DNA of 64,000 nucleotides from a virus (Duplodnaviria; Heunggongvirae; Uroviricota; Caudoviricetes): IMG/VR virus record IMGVR_UViG_3300028832_000003, positions 1 to 64,000 of that record; one strand, 5' to 3'. Shown piece by piece: positions 27,700 to 35,962 of this stretch (position 1 is its first letter; each line of letters starts with the position of its first letter). The notes under the pieces were generated by a model. It saw only the letters and a program-made list of their open reading frames with translations, ran no database searches and was not told where the DNA came from. The position numbers and the translations under genes were made by a program.

Positions 27700-27905
27700 A
27701 TTATATTATAGGTCGTTGGTGAAATATAAAACACGGTTAAGACAATAATCTGCCCACGAACAGCAAGGTAATCGACTCAATGAGTTTGAACTTGGCATGG
27801 GTGCTGCAGGGGTGCAAAGCCCCGCACGACCTAATCATATTTGTGGCTCTCCTTTCTGGGTAGGCGTCCGGTCAAACGGACGTCTACTTTTTTGCGGTTT
27901 TTTTA
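27700..27905 (+). ncRNA. candidate small structured RNA (~200 nt) between a promoter-like motif and a terminator
   Basis: No ORF. The GAGAATTATATTAT motif at ~27696 precedes it. There is a long-range pairing AGGTCGT(27712)...ACGACCT(27826) and an internal GC-rich hairpin. It ends at the terminator GGCGTCCGGTCAAACGGACGTC + TTTTTTGCGGTTTTTTT. Confidence 0.35.
27863..27905 (+). terminator. rho-independent terminator
   Basis: GACGTCCG...CGGACGTC stem followed by two T-runs. Confidence 0.65.
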
Positions 27906-27950
27906 TCACAAAACAGAGAATTACATATTACCGACTTTTTGAAAGGAGAA

Positions 27951-28637
27951 ATGGAATTGAAAGTTTTGGAATTATTTTCAGGCACCGGCGAGTTATCCGC
28001 TGCCTTTAGAGCAAGAGGACACGAAACTTATGAAGTAGATTGGGATGAACAGTTCCCTGCTAATTTGCATATTGACATTGGAACTATTACCACAGATATG
28101 ATTTTGGAGAAGTTCGGAGTGCCTGATGTTGTATGGATTGCTTTTGACTGCACCACGTTCAGTCTTGCGGCAATCTCTCATCATCGTGTAAAGAATAAGG
28201 AGACTGGAAATCTTGATCCGATTAGCGACTATGCGAGGAAGTGCGACGAGATTGACCAACATACTTTGAAAATATTGGAAGAACTTCGTGCCATCAATCC
28301 AAGGTTGCTATTCTTTATTGAAAATCCTCGTGCATGTTTGCAAAAGATGGTTTGGATGCAACCGTATGAGCAGTATAAGTATACGATTACGTATTGCAAA
28401 TATCTTACGGACAGACCGTTAGAACAGAGGAGAATGAAACCGACTCAGATTTGGACTAATCATCCGTGTCCGAGTTTCTTTCCACCCTGTAACTATGGTG
28501 ACCCATGCCATGTTAAAAGCCCTCGTGGTTCAAAAACAGGTACACAAGGGTTGATTGGTTCAAAAGAAAGAAGTACTTATCCACCGCTACTGATTAATCA
28601 TATTGTAGACATTTGTGAAGACTATTTTGGAGAATAA
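27951..28637 (+). CDS. compact cytosine-C5-methyltransferase-like protein (228 aa) with variant motifs
   Basis: Motif I LELFSGTGE. Motif IV-like AFDCTTFSLAA, with DC instead of PC. Motif VI-like FFIENP, with ENP instead of ENV. C-terminal STYPPLLINHI resembles motif X. There is no recognisable TRD. The middle region is Cys-rich. AAAGGAGAAATG start. Confidence 0.6.
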   Translation: MELKVLELFSGTGELSAAFRARGHETYEVDWDEQFPANLHIDIGTITTDMILEKFGVPDVVWIAFDCTTFSLAAISHHRVKNKETGNLDPISDYARKCDEIDQHTLKILEELRAINPRLLFFIENPRACLQKMVWMQPYEQYKYTITYCKYLTDRPLEQRRMKPTQIWTNHPCPSFFPPCNYGDPCHVKSPRGSKTGTQGLIGSKERSTYPPLLINHIVDICEDYFGE

Positions 28638-28720
28638 CATGATAGGAACTATTTTGGTTGTTGGAGTTGTTCTGTTGTATTACACGACAGATTCATTTTT
28701 TAACTGGAAGGAGATTGGTT

Positions 28721-29092
28721 ATGAATTTATTATTCGATCTAAAAGAAATCTTATACGACAATAAAGATAATGAACACGAGATGAGAATTACTGTCGATCG
28801 GTTTGGAGTGCTGGTTGAATTGATTTATGATCCAGAATACGACGGTGATGAAAAAATAGTTCTGCCGATTTACTATGACACCTTGGTTGAATTCGCGTAC
28901 ATCCCGGACGATCAGTATCGCAGCAAATATAATGCTTCTGATTACGGCATTGACATTTTAGAGGCGAAGCTCGCTTATGACATTATGAGTTACCTTCAAT
29001 TACATGGAGAGGAAATTGTGCAGTTCTGTACGTCTTTGTCATTAGAAGAAGAAAGATATAAAGAATTCAGAATTGACAATAAAGAGGAATAG
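28721..29092 (+). CDS. hypothetical protein
   Basis: GGAAGGAGATTGGTTATG start in frame with track ORF 28658..29092. Confidence 0.5.
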   Translation: MNLLFDLKEILYDNKDNEHEMRITVDRFGVLVELIYDPEYDGDEKIVLPIYYDTLVEFAYIPDDQYRSKYNASDYGIDILEAKLAYDIMSYLQLHGEEIVQFCTSLSLEEERYKEFRIDNKEE

Positions 29093-29094
29093 TT

Positions 29095-29400
29095 ATGGAC
29101 GAAATGTTAAGGTATGAAGTTGAACGGTCTGAGAAATGGAGAGATTGGTGTCCACAAATTCCAAAATTACATTTCAAGGAAGAGTGGGAAGTAAAAATCA
29201 TTCCACCGTTTGGTGGTGCTATTGCAAGGTTCACTGTTTCATACAACCACAAACACTGTTCCATCTATCTTGATTGCTATTCAAGGCTTGGTCTTGTGGA
29301 CGAGCCGTACTGGGAAATTTACTGTGACGGAGAATGTGCTAGGTTTTTCTTAAACGAGCATGAAGAAATGATGGAACACATTCAAAATTGTCTCAAATAA
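29095..29400 (+). CDS. hypothetical protein
   Basis: ORF track. Confidence 0.5.
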   Translation: MDEMLRYEVERSEKWRDWCPQIPKLHFKEEWEVKIIPPFGGAIARFTVSYNHKHCSIYLDCYSRLGLVDEPYWEIYCDGECARFFLNEHEEMMEHIQNCLK

Positions 29401-29429
29401 AATCTGGATTTTATTGGGAGGAATAACAA

Positions 29430-30590
29430 ATGGCAGATAGAGCATTAGCACATATTGAGAAAATTGAATGGATTAAGCCAATTGAAGGGGCTGACAATAT
29501 TGAATTAATTGGAATTCTTGGGTGGGTTTGCATTGCAAAGATTGGAGAATTTAATGTTGGAGATTTAGCTGTTTATATTGAAATTGACAGCAAGTGTCCA
29601 GAAGACGATGAGAGATTCGCATTCTTGGCATCCAAACACTACAAGATTAAAACGATGAAGCTTGGAAAATTTAAGTGTTTTAGCCAGGGACTTGCTCTTC
29701 CAGTAGCATCATTCCCAGAGGTTGCCAATAAAAATATTGGTGATGACGTGACTGAAATTTTAAAAATCACGTATTCTTCAGAAGAAGATCAGCAAAGAAA
29801 GTCTAGTGGAGTCGTAGATAAGGATGCAAAATATAGGGCAATGGCTGCAAGACATGCGAAACTTGCAAAGAAAAAGTGGTTTAGATGGCTAATGAAGAGG
29901 GTGTGGGGTAGAAAACTATTGTTCTTTTTCTTTGGGAAAAAGAAGGATAACCCCAAAAGATACCCATCGTGGATTGTTAAGACAGACGAGGTTCGCATAG
30001 AGAACTGTCCGTTTTATCTTGATTCTGATGAGAAGTGGATTAAAACAGAAAAGGCTGACGGAACGTCGTGTACGTATGCAGTTAATAAAATCAAGAAGAA
30101 TAAGTATGAATTTATTGTATGTAGCAGAAACGTACGTCAGGTAGACCAGGATCAGGAATGCTATCATGACACTAATATTTATTGGGATTTAGCATTCAAG
30201 TATAACATTAAAGATATTCTGGAAAAATTCGCAACAGAAAACAATTATGACAGAGTAGTGCTTCAAGGCGAAGGAATTGGCAACGTTCAGGGTAATCCAT
30301 ACAAACTCACAGAAGATAAGCTTCTTGTGTTTAATCTTGTTATTAATGGCATAAGACTTGGAACGATTGAAATGGCAGGATTTTGCGAAGCATATGGGTT
30401 GGAACACGTTCCGATTATTTCTGATGAATACTATCTGCCAAAGACGATGGAAGAAATAAAACTTGAAGCTGACGGATATAGCGTTATTAATCCAAAGGTT
30501 AAAAGAGAAGGATTTGTGTACCGTAGTCTTGACGGGCAGAAGAGTTTTAAGAACGTTAGCAGAGAATATTTGTTAAAGCACAATGGATAG
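29430..30590 (+). CDS. ATP-dependent RNA ligase (covalent nucleotidyltransferase superfamily)
   Basis: Motif I EKADGTS (KxDG). Motif IV QGEGIGN. Motif V KREGFVYRS. N-terminal ~150-aa accessory domain. GGGAGGAATAACAAATG. Confidence 0.65.
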   Translation: MADRALAHIEKIEWIKPIEGADNIELIGILGWVCIAKIGEFNVGDLAVYIEIDSKCPEDDERFAFLASKHYKIKTMKLGKFKCFSQGLALPVASFPEVANKNIGDDVTEILKITYSSEEDQQRKSSGVVDKDAKYRAMAARHAKLAKKKWFRWLMKRVWGRKLLFFFFGKKKDNPKRYPSWIVKTDEVRIENCPFYLDSDEKWIKTEKADGTSCTYAVNKIKKNKYEFIVCSRNVRQVDQDQECYHDTNIYWDLAFKYNIKDILEKFATENNYDRVVLQGEGIGNVQGNPYKLTEDKLLVFNLVINGIRLGTIEMAGFCEAYGLEHVPIISDEYYLPKTMEEIKLEADGYSVINPKVKREGFVYRSLDGQKSFKNVSREYLLKHNG

Positions 30591-30631
30591 GGAAAAAACA
30601 ATGAAACCTATTTTTTATTGGAGAACAAGAT

Positions 30632-30844
30632 ATGACGGCTAAAGAAGAATTTAAGGAGAAATGCGATTCTTTACATTTTAAACCAAATCCCAATAAATTT
30701 CCAATAATTGATAAATATAATTATAAGATTTTCCAAAAAAATAAATTTGATATTTTTGATTTGCTTGAGAAAGCATTAGAAGAATATTGTATAAAAGAAG
30801 ATAATATTTTTGTTGTTTTGGGAGATAACTATTTTAGGAGGTAG
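30632..30844 (+). CDS. hypothetical protein (AT-rich)
   Basis: ORF track. Confidence 0.4.
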   Translation: MTAKEEFKEKCDSLHFKPNPNKFPIIDKYNYKIFQKNKFDIFDLLEKALEEYCIKEDNIFVVLGDNYFRR

Positions 30845-30847
30845 ATA

Positions 30848-31132
30848 ATGAAACTTTACAAACGTCAAGTAAGACCAATGATTTCACCACCGGCATTACA
30901 TGGAATGAATTGTCATAATTATCCACTTGAAGAGTGTATGTGTGGAGAAGAAATTTGGTATGACGAAGAATATGTTATAAATTCAAAAGACATGGATATG
31001 TGGGAAAATCAAGTGTTAAGGCGCGAAGGGCCATGTGCAAAACTCGTTTTTCAAGAGAGATATGTTCCTGTAACAAAAGATGATTTTGTGAAACATATTT
31101 CAACATTTGATTTTGATTATGATGAATCATAG
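30848..31132 (+). CDS. hypothetical protein
   Basis: ORF track; RBS AGGAGGTAGATAATG. Confidence 0.5.
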   Translation: MKLYKRQVRPMISPPALHGMNCHNYPLEECMCGEEIWYDEEYVINSKDMDMWENQVLRREGPCAKLVFQERYVPVTKDDFVKHISTFDFDYDES

Positions 31133-31141
31133 GAGTATTTT

Positions 31142-31345
31142 ATGAAAATGTTTAGTGATTGCACCGGTGAATGCTGTGTGTGCATGTGTGCAGGATGTTG
31201 TCTTGCAGGGCATGGTGATGATGATTATTCTTTAGCAAGTAAAAATCAAATAATTAAAAGATTAGATAATGGAGAATATCCTGATTACCGAAAACTGATG
31301 ATCGATACTCTTAAAAACAAATATAACTATGACTATATAAAATAA
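31142..31345 (+). CDS. hypothetical Cys-rich protein
   Basis: CTGECCVCMCAGCCLAGHG; RBS AGGAGTATTTTATG. Confidence 0.45.
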   Translation: MKMFSDCTGECCVCMCAGCCLAGHGDDDYSLASKNQIIKRLDNGEYPDYRKLMIDTLKNKYNYDYIK

Positions 31346-31455
31346 GATTTTTATTTGATGTAAATTATGTACGAAACTGGTGTTGAGACACAAGTTTCTA
31401 GCAAAATTTAAAACAGGAGCAACAACGATAATGGAATAGTAACATAAAAAATGTA

Positions 31456-31478
31456 TAGTAACATTTTAAATGTTACTA
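31456..31478. promoter_or_regulatory. 23-bp perfect palindrome TAGTAACATTTTAAATGTTACTA (operator-like) with extra half-sites
   Basis: The sequence is its own reverse complement. Additional TAGTAACAT (~31437) and ATGTTAC (~31491) half-sites lie upstream of the 31510 cassette. Confidence 0.5.
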
Positions 31479-31509
31479 TCAAAAAAAATATGTTACAAAG
31501 GAGCGATAT

Positions 31510-31872
31510 ATGAATTATGAGAAAATGTGGAACGAGTTAAAATGTAGGGTTTCTGAGGCTTGTGATTATTATCATAATCATATAAAAAATGCACTTAATG
31601 ATGTGCATAGATATGAATTTTCAAACAAACTTGATGCATATGTTGCTCTTGGCGAAGTAATGAATAGCATAGAACATGAGCATAATATTGTAAAAATATC
31701 TGATCCGATAGTTAAGATGACAATTATGCATGACAATGTAATTCAAAAAGAAGATGGAGAAGTTTATTTTGAGGTTTTGATAACTATGAGATCAGGAGAT
31801 GTACATCAAACTTATATTAATGTAGAGGATTATAAAAAAATATTTTCAACTCTATCAGAAACGGAGAATTAA
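31510..31872 (+). CDS. hypothetical protein (AT-rich cassette)
   Basis: ORF track; RBS AAAGGAGCGATATATG. Confidence 0.5.
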   Translation: MNYEKMWNELKCRVSEACDYYHNHIKNALNDVHRYEFSNKLDAYVALGEVMNSIEHEHNIVKISDPIVKMTIMHDNVIQKEDGEVYFEVLITMRSGDVHQTYINVEDYKKIFSTLSETEN

Positions 31873-31877
31873 TACAT

Positions 31878-32060
31878 ATGAATATGTCAAAATACACGGA
31901 TAAGTTAGAAAATTTATTACAAACAAATAATAACTTTGACGAAGAATGTATTTATGCCATTAATGACCATGTAATTTTAGTGAAAACATATAATCAACAT
32001 ATGATCCGAATTCAATTAGATATGATTACTTGTGGAAGAGATACAAAAAAGGAGAATTAA
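31878..32060 (+). CDS. hypothetical protein
   Basis: ORF track; RBS ACGGAGAATTAATACATATG. Confidence 0.45.
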   Translation: MNMSKYTDKLENLLQTNNNFDEECIYAINDHVILVKTYNQHMIRIQLDMITCGRDTKKEN

Positions 32061-32067
32061 TATATAT

Positions 32068-32265
32068 ATGAAACCAGAATATGTATATCCGATTGATGAA
32101 CAAAAATATGTGTATGCAATCTGTAGGTGTAATGTTACAACTGATTATGCCATCAAGATGCCGAAAATAGAAGGTAAATACTCATACAAATTTCATTGTG
32201 ACGATTGTGGTTTAACTGGTGAAGTTATAACTGGGAGGTTAATAGGCATTGAGGATTTACGTTAG
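32068..32265 (+). CDS. hypothetical zinc-ribbon protein
   Basis: AAGGAGAATTAATATATATATG; CRC...CDDCG. Confidence 0.45.
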   Translation: MKPEYVYPIDEQKYVYAICRCNVTTDYAIKMPKIEGKYSYKFHCDDCGLTGEVITGRLIGIEDLR

Positions 32266-32584
32266 CGGCCCCATCACGGGGATTGAAAATTACAGACAGA
32301 ACTTTGATGATGCAGAAAAGTTTTTGACCGAACTCGGTTATGCGGTTATCAACCCAGCTAAGATTGATGATTGCTTACCGGAAGGTATTATGTATGATGA
32401 ATTTCTTGACTTGGATTTATATCTCATGAGCATGTGTGACGGTGTCTATTTGCTTAATGGGTGGAATAATTCCAGAGGTGCGAAGAAAGAGATATCCGTA
32501 GCAATTAATGCTGGCATGGATATCTTTACCGAAGCCGAAAAAGAGAGAATTCTAAGCGCAGAAGCATATGAACTGTTCGAATAA
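32249..32584 (+). CDS. DUF4406 / nucleoside 2-deoxyribosyltransferase-like protein
   Basis: N-terminal RIYVSGPITG...NY...F...A...L...GYAVINPA pattern characteristic of the NDT / DUF4406 fold; TTG start overlapping the previous gene. Confidence 0.5.
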   Translation: MRIYVSGPITGIENYRQNFDDAEKFLTELGYAVINPAKIDDCLPEGIMYDEFLDLDLYLMSMCDGVYLLNGWNNSRGAKKEISVAINAGMDIFTEAEKERILSAEAYELFE

Positions 32585-32601
32585 TTAGGAGGAACAACAC
32601 C

Positions 32602-33225
32602 ATGATTTTAAAAGAAGCTTTTACAATGCAGAACTTTTTGACCAACCTCATCTCTCAGGCACAGAGGTATCTCTACAACAGTAGTAATACCACTAAGACT
32701 GTAGAGACTCACCTTCGTAAGAAGGCTAACCCAAATGCAGAGGATGAGACTATCGAGACTCCAAAGGAATATCCTGAATTCAATGCCAACGACATGATTG
32801 ATTTCATGATGGATGTGCTTTGCCAGAAGGAAATTCTGTCTCAGAAGATTAGCAATGCCAAGTATGCTTATGAGAATGACATTGACAATATGATTGCCAT
32901 GAATAAGCAACGCACCAATGTCCTTACCACGATGACGATGCTTGCAAATATTAAGCCATCTGAAACCGTTAAATTCGGTAAAGATTACCTTATCAATGCT
33001 GAGGGCAATCAGACTCCGTACACATATCAGATTAAGCAGGTAACGACCATTGATTTCGCTCGCCAAAAGGTTAAGGCGATTGCAAAAGAGTTGCAGAGGG
33101 AAATCAATGATACTTCCGCAGCCATTGACTTGGCTGACATTACCATCGAAGTTAATTATGAACCCAAGTACGAACTTGGTGATGACTTCGAGGAGTGCTA
33201 CGAGAAATTTATCAGCAACAATTAG
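32602..33225 (+). CDS. hypothetical protein
   Basis: AGGAGGAACAACACCATG start; ORF track. Confidence 0.55.
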   Translation: MILKEAFTMQNFLTNLISQAQRYLYNSSNTTKTVETHLRKKANPNAEDETIETPKEYPEFNANDMIDFMMDVLCQKEILSQKISNAKYAYENDIDNMIAMNKQRTNVLTTMTMLANIKPSETVKFGKDYLINAEGNQTPYTYQIKQVTTIDFARQKVKAIAKELQREINDTSAAIDLADITIEVNYEPKYELGDDFEECYEKFISNN

Positions 33226-33242
33226 TTGCGATTTGTCTCTCC

Positions 33243-33748
33243 TTTCTAGGGGAATCCATTTTGGATTCCCTGACGGGAAAACAAGTTATTGATCCATTGC
33301 TTCGGCATGGCGAAGTGCAGACCATGCAGTAGATACCACTAAACGGTATACAACTTATGTTGAATAAATCTAGTCGTCGAGAGAAACCAACGGTTTGTTT
33401 TGACACCACCTATATAATAGGGCTACCCAGGTTAACAGGGTTTTGATGATTCATTATTCGTCTCACCAAACGTTCAATGACGACAATTACGCTATGAGAA
33501 AGCCCATCAATACTCAAGTTCCGCATAAGTTAAAACGTTTCGCCATTGCATTATATATGATTAAAATATAACATCTTTTTTAATAGGCTTAGTGTCCTTT
33601 CCACTAATTTACGTGGCAGTGTGGAAGTAATCTCAATACACTCTGTGAGTGCTATGATTGCGGAAATTACTGTATTTGAACTAAAAATTAATGGTAGATA
33701 ATTTGTTTTTCCATCAGGAAATCTAAAAAATCCTCTAGCCTCCATTCA
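33243..33748. repeat. ~500-bp ORF-less element bounded by imperfect ~45-bp inverted repeats
   Basis: Left arm CTAGGGGAATCCATTTTGGATTCCCTGACGGGAAAACAAGTT (33247-33288). Right arm (reverse complement of ~33701-33748) CTAGAGGATTTTTTAGATTTCCTGATGGAAAAACAAATT. Nested second pair TTCGGCATGGCGAA (33301) / TTCGCCATTGC (33538). The only ORFs are short antisense frames read through the repeats. Confidence 0.45.
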
Positions 33749-33762
33749 AAAAAAAGAGAATT

Positions 33763-33808
33763 AATAGGTAGGTGCTTAACGGCATCTGCCTATTAATTTT
33801 TTTTACGG
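33763..33808 (+). terminator. rho-independent terminator
   Basis: AATAGGTAGGTGC...GGCATCTGCCTATT stem (~14 bp with G-U pairs) followed by TTTTTTTT. Confidence 0.6.
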
Positions 33809-33912
33809 ACACCGGTTAGCATAACGGTTGATATATGTCTTGATATTTAGGAGATAGAAAAATTGTCAGACAAATCCCGTTATGCAGAACCCACAAGAAA
33901 GAGAGGTAAACA

Positions 33913-34152
33913 ATGAGAGATCCAAATAGGTTAGACAATTTTTACAATGATTTTTGCTTGCTTCATAAAAAGTATCTTCCTGACATGAGGTTCGGACAAG
34001 CTTGTTCAAACTTCTTCGGCTGGCTTTACAGTGAGAAGGGAGTTGACTTGTTTTTTCCAGAAGAGAACCGTATGCTCGAATACTTTAGAGAATACTGTGA
34101 GTCTTTGACTGATGGTTACAGAGATGCTTATCCGGGTGAAAAACATGAGTAA
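33913..34152 (+). CDS. hypothetical protein
   Basis: ORF track; RBS AGAGAGGTAAACAATG. Confidence 0.5.
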   Translation: MRDPNRLDNFYNDFCLLHKKYLPDMRFGQACSNFFGWLYSEKGVDLFFPEENRMLEYFREYCESLTDGYRDAYPGEKHE

Positions 34153-34906
34153 CAATAAAAAACTCATTTCATCGTTACTATGGCAAAATAAATTACTGCT
34201 GTTATCTTTGCTTATGGCATGCGTTGGAATATGCATAATGTTAACAGTTATTATATGGTCTGTTAAAGATGTTTTCGCACCTCAAGAGGTCACATCTGAA
34301 CCGCTAGTAACAGCAGAACCGATTAAGACAGAAGTACCAAATGTTATTGAATATGAGATTGAAAAGGTTCAAGAGCCAATTATTATAGAAGATCCATATG
34401 TTATAGCACAGAACAAATTTGACTGCAAGATGCTTGAACTAGAAACAGAGGAACTAAACAAACTTGAATGGTATCTTGATTATAAAAATATACTTGAAGA
34501 GTATTCTGAGTTCATAGACAGACCAAATACTGTATATGATGTCTTTACAGAATATGAGATATATCTCATACAAAGAGCGGTGGAGACAGAAGTATTCCAG
34601 TGCAGCTTTGACGCGAAAGTCAATGTAGCATCCGTTATTTTTAACAGAATAGCTGATGGTAGATTTGGGAAGAATGTCGAGACGGTTATAACAAAGCCTG
34701 GACAGTTTGCCTATAGCAGGAAAAAGATAACAGATGATACCAAATTAGCAGTTGAGTATGCTTTCGAAATAGGTGACACCACAGGTGGTTGCATTGCTTT
34801 TAGAAGCGACAAGAGACCAGACAAGTGGGGTAAATGGGTGTATTCATTCAGTGATGATGCAGTGCATCACTTTTATAAGGAGTTCGTGGATGGGGAAGAT
34901 AATTGA
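34145..34906 (+). CDS. membrane-anchored SleB/CwlJ-family cell-wall hydrolase (candidate endolysin or lytic enzyme)
   Basis: N-terminal signal anchor LLLLSLLMACVGICIMLTVIIW; Hydrolase_2 signature VASVIFNRIADGRFGKNVETVITKPGQFAY. Confidence 0.65.
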   Translation: MSNNKKLISSLLWQNKLLLLSLLMACVGICIMLTVIIWSVKDVFAPQEVTSEPLVTAEPIKTEVPNVIEYEIEKVQEPIIIEDPYVIAQNKFDCKMLELETEELNKLEWYLDYKNILEEYSEFIDRPNTVYDVFTEYEIYLIQRAVETEVFQCSFDAKVNVASVIFNRIADGRFGKNVETVITKPGQFAYSRKKITDDTKLAVEYAFEIGDTTGGCIAFRSDKRPDKWGKWVYSFSDDAVHHFYKEFVDGEDN

Positions 34907-35147
34907 GTATAACGACAGATTAATTTTTCATCCAGGGGTTCACATTGAGGATTGGATATACGGTCACTGTGCTGAAGTATTGGGCATTGATGAAGATACT
35001 TTACGTGGATTAGTTGACGGTGATATAGACGTCACTCCAGAGATAGCTGAAAAGTTATCTGCTGGCATGGGAACAAGCAAGCAAATGTGGATTAATTCAC
35101 AGGAAAAATATGACAGATTAGTAAAGGAGATGAAAGAGGATGAGTAA
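34890..35147 (+). CDS. HigA-family (XRE-type) HTH protein
   Basis: HPGVHIEDWIYGHCAEVLGIDEDTLRGLVDGDIDVTPEIAEKLSAGMGTSKQMWINSQEKYDRL matches the HigA antidote pattern HPGE...LG.S...LA..L......I..G.R.I....A.RL...FG.S..FW.NLQ..YDL; TAAGGAG RBS. Confidence 0.65.
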   Translation: MGKIIEYNDRLIFHPGVHIEDWIYGHCAEVLGIDEDTLRGLVDGDIDVTPEIAEKLSAGMGTSKQMWINSQEKYDRLVKEMKEDE

Positions 35148-35382
35148 CAGAATCAGAATTCAGCTTAATGGCATTGACGAACTTCGCAAGTTTGTTCATG
35201 CCGTGAGTACATTTGAGGCCGACGTAAACATCATTAAGGGCAGAAATGTATTTGATGCTAAGTCGTTGTTAGGCGTGATTGATATTGCACCTGATGCTGC
35301 AACAACTTATGTTGAGATTTTGACTGACAATCAAGAGCAGATTGAAAAATTTAATGTTGCTATGGAGACTTTTAAGGCATAA
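35140..35382 (+). CDS. hypothetical protein
   Basis: ORF track; ATGA-type overlap. Confidence 0.5.
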   Translation: MSNRIRIQLNGIDELRKFVHAVSTFEADVNIIKGRNVFDAKSLLGVIDIAPDAATTYVEILTDNQEQIEKFNVAMETFKA

Positions 35383-35401
35383 AAAAAGGAGACACGAACA
35401 T

Positions 35402-35962
35402 ATGCTCATTGCGCTTTGTGGTAAGTCAGCAAGTGGGAAAACCACTATCCTAAACGAATTGGAAAAACTAGGAGTTCCTAGAATTGTTACAATGACAACC
35501 CGTCCAAAGCGTCCGGGAGAAATCGAAGGTAAGACATATTATTTCAGAGACGAAGAAGAATTTAAGAACCTTATGTATTATGACTTCTTCGCAGAGACAA
35601 CTTCATATTGCGTGGCTGATGGCAGTACTTGGCATTATGGTACGCCTAAAGAAAAGTTATTTGGGGACGGAGCGATTATTCTTAATCCTGACGGATTAAG
35701 ATCGCTTAAAGATAAATACAAAATGCTTGTGTTTTATCTTGACGTCCCGGAATTTGTACTCGAAAGACGGTTAAAGAAAAGAGGAGATAAAAAAGATGAA
35801 GCAAGGAGAAGACTTGCACAAGACGAAGAGGACTTCTACAACATCAATGATTATTGTGACTGGGTTATTGGTGATTGGTGGAGCAGTCCTGAGCATATTG
35901 CTAAGAAAATTAAAACACAATACGACATATGGTGTCATTTACAGATAGGAGAAAAAAGATGA
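35402..35962 (+). CDS. guanylate-kinase-like nucleoside monophosphate kinase
   Basis: P-loop CGKSASGKTT; TTRPKRPGEIEGKTYYF matches the GMP-kinase signature TTRxxRxGExxGxxYxF. Confidence 0.7.
   Translation: MLIALCGKSASGKTTILNELEKLGVPRIVTMTTRPKRPGEIEGKTYYFRDEEEFKNLMYYDFFAETTSYCVADGSTWHYGTPKEKLFGDGAIILNPDGLRSLKDKYKMLVFYLDVPEFVLERRLKKRGDKKDEARRRLAQDEEDFYNINDYCDWVIGDWWSSPEHIAKKIKTQYDIWCHLQIGEKR

Noticed and set aside
27740-27830. Possible extra tRNA inside the candidate sRNA (T-loop-like GTTTGAACT)
   Set aside because: No acceptor/T-stem pairing could be built on either strand. It is kept as part of the generic structured-RNA candidate.
33212-33745. Two minus-strand ~65-aa ORFs (33212..33409 and 33551..33745) in the inverted-repeat-bounded region
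   Set aside because: Both start inside the inverted repeats and encode the same repeat-derived peptide (FPDGKT.Y). Neither has an RBS. They are treated as non-coding.
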